64,000 nucleotides of DNA, taken from positions 310,001 to 374,000 of the forward strand of contig JALMLS010000277.1 of NCBI GenBank assembly GCA_038496445.1, written 5' to 3'. Positions 51,048 to 61,836 of this stretch are shown here, one piece after another (the stretch's first letter is position 1; every line of letters starts with the position of its first letter). Source of the DNA: Trichosphaerium sp. ATCC 40318 (Eukaryota > Protista > Tubulinea). The notes under the pieces were generated by a model that was not told where the DNA came from, searched no databases, and saw only the letters and a list, made by a program, of their open reading frames with translations. The position numbers were made by a program, and so were the translations under genes.

Positions 51048-53139
51048 CTATTTGTAAAAGTTATCAATAGATTTGTTCATAATTGAACCCTTGTGATCAT
51101 TATACACTAGAGGTATATCTGGCCTGTACTAAAGTTAAAAAAACATCTCTTAAGGTGAACAAAATAGAGCAGCATCAAGAGTAAGCGGCACCAAAATACT
51201 TCAAGATGTAAACGTAAAGGGTTTTACCTTTCTTTTGCAATTGTTGCTGCCAAAGAGTCTTTTGTTTTATCCCACCAATATGGTATAATTATTACAGTCA
51301 AACCTAAGGTAAATTAAAACAAAGTAAAAAAGGGAGACATCTCAAGGAGCTCCAATTTTGGTACCTCCATTTTGACACATTTCTTTTTTAATTTTATCTC
51401 TCTTTTGTTGTACATGCGATGGCCCTGTCCATTGCTGATTATCCTGATAGTGATGTTCCCCTTGTTAAAAAAATAAAGATAAGAATAAGAAAGAGACAGA
51501 ATATATTTTTAAAGAGTACCTTGGTATTCAACAACAAGGTTAAACAAAGGCACATAAATATCGACTTGAATAGGAACAGATTGACCCAAAAATTCCGCCA
51601 AGTTATACTCTTCAAATACATCTGTACCGCTGGGTAGCGCTTGTTGAACTTGCCGAAGAAGAAACCTAACAAAAAGAAAGTAAGAAATAAGTGAGAAAAT
51701 AGGGAGCCTAGAAAAATCGAACTTTTTTTTTGTACAACTCACTTTTGTGCAGAGCGCTTCCTATCTCTATGAAAGAGACTCCAGTCCCATTTAATATCTT
51801 TATATAATTTCTTGAGTATTTTAGGGAAAAGTCCTCTTTGTACTAAAGTATATCCACCAAGGTCTTTGATTTGTAGATAAGAAATATTGTACCAGTCTTT
51901 TGGATCCTTTATGTTTAAATCTTTTTCAACGTCTACAGTACTGGTAAAACAACAGTTTGTGTTTATAAATAATCTCATACCGTTGAGGAAGCTTGTTATA
52001 TTCTCAAAATTGTTCCAAAAGCCCATTGGAACACATCTAAAGATGAAACTTAGACGGTCTTTTTTCTATTAAAAACGCTCACTTGAATTTATACGTTTTC
52101 CAGGTATATTGAGGATACACAGTTCTCAAAGCATCAGGCAGAGATTTATATCTATAACGATATAAGTAAGAATATCTTAGAACTAATATTGCTGAGTTTG
52201 TGGAAGGACAACTTACTCTCTTGCCAAACCAAAGTAACCACCTATGTTTTGTAATCTTTCTACTGTTAATGTATACCAATCATCGAATGTTTTCATTCCA
52301 AGTTCATCTCCTATACCCTCAAAGTATACAACATGATTTTTTTTATCTTCAAAAAAGAATCGCAGCGTTGTACTACACCTCAGAGTTAATCACGTGGTGT
52401 TTAAAACAAAAACATTGGTTCTAAAAACGTGATTTAAAAAGCACTCACGTGAACTCCCATGGCTTCCAATCAAATTCAGGATACAACACAGACATTGCGC
52501 TGGATATTGTATTATTATACCTTCAAAAAAAGTAAGCACAATCAGGGCAGAAGCCAATAAAAGCGAAACAAGAAATGATTGCTCGGGATTTTTTTTTGTA
52601 CCTGTTTAAGATACCACTACCACCACAAGCCAGAATATCGTCTCTGGGGATATGGTACCAATCACTTGTGCAATGTACAGCAAGTCTACTTCCTACATAA
52701 TCAAATCGTCGCCTCTGTCTTGTGATATTGTCCCAGTAGTCCCGAGGGACGCTATTTTAGTTATTTTTTGGTGTTGCAGGTTAGTGGCTCGTACCTTGTA
52801 ACATCTTTTCTGTATTTATGATTAGATGGCAGTAATGCCTTTAATAGCGCTGGGACAGAATCGTCATACCTTAGAGGTAAGTATTTTCAACGTTTAAACG
52901 TTATTGTACTTTTTTAAAAGGGTTGATACGCCTACTCCGCGTATTAATCGTTGTGAAACGGTTTGCCAGCCATCTGATGTACATACATGTAATTTTCTTG
53001 CGATATGCTGTAATTCGTGGCGTTGATTATCTATACTGTTCCAATAGCCATATGTCTTGTGGTTTAATGACTTTTTGGTTGTCTTGGGATAGTAACCTCG
53101 ACGTTTGACACGTTTGGCACTTGATGATATGGCACTCAT
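51048..53139 (-). CDS. Trp-repeat protein with C-terminal PD-(D/E)XK (DUF559/RAP-like) endonuclease domain
   Basis: Repeats GYWNSIDNQR, YWDNITRQR, GFWNNFEN, each with a later DWY/GWQ motif; C-terminal QVDIYVPLFNLVVEYQG-EHHY, KRDKIKK, IIIPYWWD. Confidence 0.75.
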
Positions 53140-53185
53140 TCATCGTAGCGTGGCAGGTTGCGTAAGTCGCGAACAGCCGTATTTG

Positions 53186-53528
53186 GTTGGCAATTAGAGT
53201 CTAATAAAGACTTTAATTCTCTACAACAATCTTTCGGAATATTGTTCGTTTATTATTACTTAAGGACCCTTAAATAGCTATCTCTGCCGTTAAAGATAGT
53301 GCTTGTTATTACAACACAGGTGGTGCGAGTATATTGCAATCTTTATTGGGTTAATCTCAGTGCAAACAGTCCTGTGTTCGACAGATAAATTATTCACTAG
53401 TTGGTGTTTTCAGTGAACATACAAGCTGCCAATAAATAAGTGCTTGTGCAAGTACTGTTCGTAAAATTTTATACCCTTTGAATCTTATGATCAGAAAGCA
53501 TGTTTCCATGTGCGAAAGTAGTAAGATT
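53186..53528 (+). ncRNA. Candidate cluster of H/ACA snoRNAs
   Basis: AACACAGG/CCTGTGTT hairpin, H box AGATAA 53383-53388, TTCACT/AGTGAA hairpin, ACA 53421-53423; flanking pocketed hairpins ATTAGAGTC/GACTTTAAT and AATCTTAT..GCATG/CATGT..GTAAGATT. Confidence 0.45.
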
Positions 53529-53634
53529 GGTTTCAGGAATATTTATTTGAAGTTTTGTTTGTACATTTTATATTCTTTTTTATGATACAGTTTTAGTTTT
53601 GTTGTTTTTCTGTTTTCTTACTTTAACGATTACT

Positions 53635-56600
53635 TTACAAGTGAATAGTATTACATTCAAAAGCTCTTCCTTCTACCTGTGGTATAGAAGGCAAAGAAGC
53701 CCTACTTGCACTTCTTCTAGAATGAGTAGAAATAGGAGAAAGTACTTTTGCAGGTTTTGATTTAGAACGTCGTCTCTTCTTTGGTGCGGGCTTTATCTCT
53801 GAGGTACTATGATACGTTTTTGTACCAAAAAGCATAGCAATTGATCCTTTAGTTTTTGTACCAGAACTAGTCCTAGACCTCCCTTTTCGTGCTAATTAAC
53901 AGGTGTTAGCTTTTATTTGTCAATCCTCAAAAAAAAGGAAATTTCGGGGTTTTTTCGTACCCAGATTGTCAAGCGAGTTACTACCTTTCAAATGTATTTT
54001 GGAAGTCTTTGATGTTGCTCTCATAGAATGTCTCCTAGGTGATAACCATGTTAAAAATACTTGTTGTTGTTGGACTTAACGGTACGTACTTTTTCTTGTT
54101 AGGTAAACGGTGTTGGTCTACGTGAGAACTCAAGCGTCGTGATTTTATTGTCTATTAAGACAAATTAGAAACACATGTTGAAATGTTAACAAAAAAGAAA
54201 CTTACTTGATAACTTTCTGTCAAATTTAACAAGCGTTGCTGTCTAAGACCACTCATACGAGTACTCAATAATGGAACTGTACGAAGAGCTGTTCGGTCAG
54301 CGTTGATTACTAAAAAGTGGTAAGAGGAGGACACAAGGGGAAGATTTCTGAGAGGCAAACAAATACATACATTTTGTTATAAAACGTATTTGGTCTTCTT
54401 CCGAATCTTCAAGTTGTTCTGGTAGGTAAGGTGGATATGGAGTTATAGGCTTTTTATTGGCAAATTCGACCCTGTGAATAAGTTGTCAGTAATTATGTTA
54501 GACAAGGCGACATACCTATACCGTATAGTGCGATCTTTTGCACGTTCTTTTCTAACAACAACAAAAACTTCTAAATAATTATTGTTAGTTGGAGAAGCTG
54601 CGTTTCAGGACTACGCACGGTTGACTTGTGATCGTATCAAAGACAGATCTAGGGGTTCTTTACCTTCTCTGAATATTATTACAACACAGTCATTACCAAT
54701 GTGTCGTTTTCTAGGGAAGGGAGTAAATGAGGTGTTGTTCATTGAATCGCATAGAAAAGGCGAAAAAAAAAATTCATGTCGTGCCTAGTTGGATCAGAAG
54801 GATATATAGGAATAAGCGTTGAAACGTGATAACACACTTGTAAATCTCCCATTTGTTTATAAACTGTATGTTTCCCTGTGAGGTCAGCTTGAGGGCATTA
54901 GTACATAAGCAAAACAATAAAAACAGTTTTTCACAATCAGAAAAAAAAAGAAACTGAAAGAATTAATTACTTTTTGTATCCAGCGAAGCGTTGAATCCTT
55001 TGAACCCTTTAAGGACCACTCGGTTACCCAAAAACCTTAGAAAAGCCTCGAAAGAGGGTGAGTGATGAGCTATAATAAAGACATAAGAACACCAATGCAA
55101 CACAACACAACAATACGTACTATTTTCATACCACTCATCTTCAGTTTTCTGCTTACAAGGAGCATAGAGAACACCAAAAGCATAATTCTTCTTATGAGAA
55201 ACATCGCTATCTATTTTAGATAGTTCAGGGAATATTATAGGGTTTCCTATCTAAAGCGACAATCAGTAAATTAACATTTTTGATAACAAGAGGTAGTGTT
55301 ACTCGTGCAAAGTTCATTTTATCCAACACTTCAGGAGTGTGATTTAACTCAACATCTGCAAGGTACTTAAGTTGCTCCTTTTTTCCCGTAATTCTTTTGG
55401 GCACCATGCGTCTTTTAACACCCTGTATCCAAAAGTAAGCTTTCGAACATATATTTTCAACAAAAATAAAAGAGACACAAGAGCTATCTACACGAACAAG
55501 TAGTACTATGTTTAGATAAACTTAAGCGAGTCCCACTTAAGACAAACACTTATGCCCTTATATTAGAACGTACATTAACACCAAAAACCAGTGCTATGGT
55601 ATCTTTGAGTTCCGTAGTCTTGACACAAAATACAAACGGATCGAAACTCAATTTGTCGTCTATCCATATTTTTGAGTCTAATAACGTCATTTAGTATAAT
55701 AGTGTACGGGTATTATTAATTAATAAAACAAGCAAAGCAAAATACTATTAAAAAACTAGTTTGAGTTTAAGGCAAGTGCAAACGTACTCATATGTGTAAA
55801 ATTATCTTCGAAAAAAATCTCGTTTTCTATTACTCTCGGCGAATCAAGTTGCTTTCTACGTTTACCAGTTTCGAACTCATATCCCTCTATGGATGTATCT
55901 ATAAGAAGACACTTATCCTTAGCAGTCTAAATAAACGTAAGCGATGTAAGAACAAGATGTAGAGGCTAACCAATGACCACGATTTTTGTGGTTTAACATC
56001 TGACCAAGCGTTATTATTTTTAATTGTATATTTATATACTTCACGTGTCAGTTTATCAAAATCAAATCCTTCACCAACATAATTATTATTATGTTGAAAT
56101 ATAATATCATCTTTACATAAAGCAACAACACCACCTAATTGCCTACGGAAGAAAAACGTTAGAAGTTGAAGAAAAAGTAGCCAAAAAAAATTGCGAGAAA
56201 AGTTTTCTAGTAAAATGATAGCGAAATCACTTACTTTTCGTCACCACGTGGAGTAATTTGAGGATATCCCTCTTCCATGGCATTAGATATAGACTCCAAT
56301 GACTTTTGTGACAAGCAATACTTCTCACCGTAGAGCATACCAAATGAGCTGTAAAGATACTGTTCTTTATCAATAAGAAGAACACCAGGAAACTGTGTAT
56401 TCTTTAAGAACGCCTTAGCCTGAGCAGGCGTTCCGTTTGTCAGTCCTACTATATTTACTCCCATACTCTCTAATTCGTCCATTTTCTCATTAAATAGTGC
56501 TGTTGTACGATAAGTATGTGCACTAGAAGCAAAGTAAGAAATTCATCGGGTGAATTTTTTTTGTACCAGCCGAGATGACGTAAAAAAACAACTACTGTTG

Positions 56601-57503
56601 GATAATCTCCAATCGCAGTTTTAAAATCAATAGACTCATTAGATGCAGTCTTAAGTATAGTCATGTAAGGGTCTAGTAAAGGTGTGTAAGTTACAATATC
56701 AGAAAACCAAACGAAAGTCCGAATATTCGTTTGTTTTGTCATTGCGAACAAGCCTTGCTTTCTGATTTATTGGAGTTATCCTTTAATAACTACATCATAA
56801 AAAGAGTTCTTAAAGCGAATTTTGAGAGTACTTTTTTCGCTTTGACCAAAATAGGATACAGGAGTGCGTACCTTTTGCACCAGACGATTCGTCGTCAACT
56901 GTCTGTCCGCTGAAACTGGCAGCAAAGCTCCCTCTACCCGATGCAGACTCTCCTGATAAGGAACGAGTCCGGGTATGTTTCAAGCTTACTGCAGGCTCCG
57001 GAACTGCGCACAGTGTGAGCATATCGTTGTACCATCCTTGCATATCACCTAAGTTAAACAATTAATGTGTTTCTTCTATTATCCTTTGAGTATAGGCGTA
57101 AAAGCGTAAGCAACAGGTCTTTTTGGCATCGTACACGAAGGGTCACCTTGAAGAACATGTTTTTTCCCTCCCTATGTCTTAATTAGCTACACTGTGTATA
57201 CTGCGGGCATGCCTTGGTTTTTATCTCGATCTTAGGCCAGGTGGAGCTCTTTTTATCAAACGCCAATGTTGAACCCTTTAATTCTATTACTCCCTTTGGT
57301 GTGTTGTTCATAGCGACGGTTTGCGATGGATCGTCGTCATAATACGCAATCTGATTAAATAAGCATCTAGCTCAATACTGAGGTAACATTTTGTGACGCA
57401 CTTGTGCATTCAAAGGGTCCAACTGCAACCACAAGGGTTGAAACTTATTTCTAAACTTGCTTTTTTTATTTAAAAAGCCTGCTCTATTCACACCAGCGGA
57501 CAT
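53635..57503 (-). CDS. PH + peroxiredoxin-like (AhpC/TSA-2) + Rap/Ran-GAP multidomain protein
   Basis: AGFLNKKSKFRNKFQPLW (PH); VVVFLRHLGC, LLIDKEQYLYSSFG, QLGGVV (Prx-like-2); FGVLYA, FEAFLRFLG, YHVSTLIP, RKRHIGNDCVVIIF (RapGAP catalytic Asn). Confidence 0.85.
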
Positions 57504-58046
57504 TATAGGCCTCGCTGGCTCAACAATTACCAGCGTTTGAGTTGTTGCAATTCAATTAAGCGATTAAGATCACTTCTAAGCAAACAAGTCTATTTTTACC
57601 ATCTGCGCTTGTTCGAACTAAAAAAAACCCATCATACACTGCTGTATGCTTCGAAAACTAGTTGGTAAAGGATAAAAAATATAAAACAACGCTAGCGGCG
57701 ATGCGAATTCCATCTTCGGAAAAACACGGACACAGAAAAAACAGCTGTATCTTCACACTTTACAAAAGAATCCTTTTGTTAATATACTGGCTAACATATA
57801 AAACAATGAGAAATAGAGCAAATCAGAGTCAAGGACTATTTATGTTGTTACGGTTGAGCACTTTTTGAGCGGAATCGGTTCAAAGTAGGCCTTGTTGCAA
57901 CAAAACATTCCATATTGATATTACAAAAGCTTTTGTATTTTACATGCTTAATACGCGTGCAGTAATTTTGAAATGAGAGAAAGAGGCAAGTGTGCAGTGT
58001 TTAAGCATCAATCATAAATTGCTTAAACAGTTTTACGTGTTTGGAA

Positions 58047-58445
58047 ATGAGCGCTGAAAAGAGTAGTAAAGATGTTGCTTACTATACAGCTGAAGAAGTA
58101 GCAAAACACGACAGTTTAGAAGATTGTTGGGTATTTATTGCTAAAAACAACATCAATACGCTTAATTCAGCGTTTAGGTTATAATTAAAGGCAAAGTTTA
58201 TAATGTAACAGAATTTATTGACGACCACCCTGGCACGCAACGATAATACGTTCATAAGCTCTAATTATATTCTTAGGTGGTGACGAAGTAATTCTAGATG
58301 GTGTATGATCACACTTTTAACAATTTCGTATTTATTAGTTTATTAGGCCGGCACAGATGTCACAGAAGATTTTGAGGATATAGGCCACTCAAGTTCAGCA
58401 ACTACGCTTCTTAAAGACTACTATATTGGCGAATTGAAGTCGTAG
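58047..58445 (+). CDS. Soluble cytochrome b5 (no TM anchor), four exons
   Basis: [12 protein letters not shown]|[19 protein letters not shown]|GDEVILDG|[15 protein letters not shown]...YYIGELKS*. Confidence 0.93.
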
Positions 58446-58664
58446 AAGGGATTGGTGCACTTTTTAGTGATTGCCTACGCAATAAACCATAATAAAACGC
58501 CTCCAAGATAAGAAAATAAAAACACTTCACGAAACTTCAAAAAAACAAATAAAATGACTTTAAAACAGCTTTGAATCAATAATATCACTTGTCAAAATAC
58601 ACGCAATTAAGAAAAGACGGTCTAGAATGAACTAAAGTTACTTGTGCTCTTTTTATTTAATAAA

Positions 58665-60332
58665 TTAAGTTCGGGGTCTTTTCCGGATCCCAGGCGTATT
58701 CTGTACTTGAGCAACTGGTAGATTCCAATCAATAGGTGTCTTGCCTTGCTCAGTGAGTATCTCATTAGCCTTTTTAAAATGACCACAGCCAAAAAACCCA
58801 GCTAAAGCAAAATCAGTTAACGTATTTCCTTCCCACTTCTATTTTTTTTTATTTTCAAAACTTCTGACTTACTCTTTACCATTGGAGAAGGATGTGCAGC
58901 TGTAAGTACATGATGACGACTCTTATCTATAAGCCTTGCTTTGTTTTTAGCATTACCACCCCTACAACAAAAAATAAGGCTTGAAAACATTTCAACAAAA
59001 CAAAACTCTGCCGGTTATCCACAAACGCTTGTTGACGTCTAAAAACCAAACTAAAAGAAAAAGAAACGTTCTTTTTTTGTGTTTTTTGTACATACACAAA
59101 CGTTCATTTTACCAAAGCTGAAATTCCACAACGTAGGTAACGGTTTTGTTGTCGGTTTTCATGAATTAACCAACGTACCATAATAAAAATATAACGCCAC
59201 TATTTTTATCACAAAGTGATCGTATTGCAGCGTCTGTGAATTTCTCCCATCCTTTTTGAAAGAATTAGAAAGGTCTGTGCAGTTTTCTCCCTTTTTGGTC
59301 ATAAGGAAAGGGATTTTTTTATTTTCTAAAAGTGGAGTTCTTTACAAAAACTGAAAAAAAAAAATAAACTACACAACGTAAAGTGTACAATTTGACTTAA
59401 ATTCAGTAGATAACAATACGTAGCATACGCCACTTAGAGTACCAAGGTTCAAAAATACACATACAAAAGCGGAACATAAAAAGTTTCGTTTCCAAAAAAA
59501 TCCAAAAAAATCCCAAGTGGGTAGTTGGTGAATTTTTCGGGTACCTTGGCCTTTGTGTTTATTTGGTGACTTTAATTCTACAGTCAACACTGCGTTTATC
59601 ATCAAGACACCTTGCTTAGCCCAATGTTCAAGAAATCCATGTCGTGGTATCTACAAAAAAATGTCACATTTACAAAAAAGGATATCCTCGTTTTGGCGCC
59701 TGTGGTGACGCTATTACCTTGAAATCAGGGTAGTTGTTCTGTAACTCCTTGTAAATATTCCTCAGAGATGCTAGAAGGAGTAAGGATGCAGATGGCCTGA
59801 GATTTGAAAATCGTTTAAAATACGTACGTGGTACACGTATGCCCATTTGAACGCTAAAACATAATCCATGCGCTTGACCAATACCATGGTAAGGATCTGA
59901 AAGGTTTCTTAATTTTCTTGCTTGTGAATAGACGAAAAGAGCGTTTAAACTAACCTTGTCCAATAATAACAACCTTCACATCCTCTGGGCTATTGTAATT
60001 GAAAGCAGAGAAAATTAACGGCTCTGGGGGTAAAATATGCGCTCTAGCCTTCTTTCTTGTATCCAAATACTTCACTAGTTCGCGCCAATAAGGCTTTGTA
60101 AACTCTTTCTTGGTATTAACAACTTTTATCGTTACATCGCTACAAAAGTACCTCCATTAAGAAGTTCATGCCATGATTTATTCGTCAGTTTCGTAGATAA
60201 ACGTTTTGCTAGAGCACGCAAACGATTCGCTTGTATACGCTCTAATTGTTCTTGTGTGAGAGGAGGCTCTTCCTCAACTACTTTGGATGGCGCAGGTGCT
60301 ACCTTTTGTCTCTTTGCTGGTTGTTGTGCCAT
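58665..60332 (-). CDS. UNG: Uracil-DNA glycosylase, family 1
   Basis: VKVVIIGQ|[56 protein letters not shown]. Confidence 0.96.
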
Positions 60333-60439
60333 TGAATTGAGTTTTTTGGATAGTTTTGTCAAACAATAAAGTAAAAATTTTTATCCCCAGATTCTGGCTC
60401 AAATGTAAGCGGTTATTAGAGTCTGATACGTAATTGTTG

Positions 60440-60622
60440 GTTTGACAGGAAAATGAATAGACTGTGAACGTCAGTTGAAGTTGCCTGTTCGAAAAAAGCA
60501 TCAATGGTTTTTCAACACGTGTATGTGCGACATAACTCACGTGTCCTTGATTGCCTTTTCGTTAACTCTTATATGATTGAGACATTCCTAGAGTTGGTGC
60601 CCCACCATGAGCTCTGACAAGT
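60440..60622 (+). ncRNA. Candidate U17/snR30 (SNORA73) H/ACA snoRNA
   Basis: 5' hairpin GACAGG/CCTGTT; H box AAAAAA 60492-60497; long internal hairpin 60498-60554; ACATTCCTA 60582-60590 (m1-like); ACCAT 60604-60608 (m2-like); ACA 60617-60619. Confidence 0.5.
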
Positions 60623-60635
60623 TCTACCTACTCTA

Positions 60636-60960
60636 GGATCGTGCTTCTAAGACCCATCATTACTCGTAAGTGATGCTCTAGCAACCAAACATCAGCCTTA
60701 TGGAACTTCTTGTGATACATCTATCATTGCTACGGATTACTAAAATCAAACAAATTACTATTGAAGCAAAAGGTATATTCTTGTAGACCATCATGACTCT
60801 TTGTTTCTAGTTCTGTTTTGACGACTATATTTCATTGCTTGAGTATACACAGAGACAAAAATACACTTGATAGAAGCTATGAGAATATATCTAGCAGTAT
60901 TACAACGCACACAACGTACTCTGTGAACGTAAATAGTCGCTTGAACTATTAGTGTTCGTG
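60636..60960 (+). ncRNA. Candidate clustered H/ACA snoRNAs (two to three units)
   Basis: Hairpins CATCATTAC/GTAAGTGATG; ATCA/TGAT followed by ACA 60716-60718; TCTGT..TATATTT/GAGTATA..ACAGA followed by ACA 60855-60857; GAAC..ATAGT/ACTAT..GTTC. Confidence 0.35.
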
Positions 60961-61157
60961 TATTCATTGTTTTTGTACTATCCTAACAAACTAATACTTA
61001 CACCTTCACTCGGCAGCATTGAGAAGATTTATTGAAATATTCTGTGAAGTAATCTTTATTTTTTAGCACTACACGACACTTTCTCTCAAAACACCCTTAT
61101 TCTTGTTTGCACATGTTTTTCAACTCTTTTTGAGAGTACCACGTTTTATTTTTCTAA

Positions 61158-61290
61158 GCATGTGCTCATGTACAAATACCTAACCTTAACCAAAACTAGA
61201 CATGGCGCATAGTGCTTGTGCTTCATCGAAACAAATTCTGGTATAGGGTAGGCAGTAGGGGCAACCCGAACATGAAACACTGCTACAAAA
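61158..61290 (+). ncRNA. Candidate H/ACA-type structured RNA
   Basis: Hairpin ATGTGC.CATGT/ACATG.GCGCAT; H-like AAACAA 61229-61234; hairpin GCAGT/ACTGC with GGG-GCAA-CCC tetraloop; ACA 61285-61287. Confidence 0.4.
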
Positions 61291-61620
61291 AATGTAAATT
61301 CTTCGTTATTTAATGGGTGTATCTCGTGCAAGTGCACTTGATCTCCTGTAAAACAAACAATCAAAGCACAGCATGCAATCGCCATTTTTTTTTATAACAC
61401 AGCATTGATACAGTTTCAATTGAAGTGGCTCTGTTCTCCAAGAATGGTATTGTATTTTATTGATGAGAGCTACAATGTCACGTGGATCTCTTTTAAACTG
61501 TATTGAGTTAAAATATACCACGTAGAACTGGCGCAATACCAATATGTGGCAGTTATTTAAAGTGGTGTTGTATAATTAAATAAAAGTCTTGTGCAAATCT
61601 CTTTTTTTTTGTGTAGCTAA

Positions 61621-61695
61621 TCAACAATGATAGATGCCCTTTTTCAATTACATGCCAAAAGAACTCATGAGAGACAACATGTAGCGCTGAGTTGA
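61621..61695 (+). ncRNA. Candidate box C/D snoRNA
   Basis: Terminal stem TCAAC/GTTGA enclosing a degenerate C box (ATGATAG) and a D box (CTGA). Confidence 0.3.
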
Positions 61696-61836
61696 GACAT
61701 CAATAGTGCTGTTGGAAGTCATAGACGAAGCTCAAAATGAAAGAAACAATACAATAACCAAAGTAATTGCAACCTTTTATACACGTCTTTATTTTTTTGT
61801 TTTGACAATGGTCGCTCAACTTAAAATTCCTCTTGT

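Noticed and set aside
56500-56600. Selenocysteine in the Prx-like CxxC site
   Set aside because: The split codon is TG|T (Cys) and the second position is Thr; no in-frame TGA
57995-58029. Iron-responsive element upstream of cytochrome b5
   Set aside because: CAGTG lies at the stem base, not in a 6-nt apical loop
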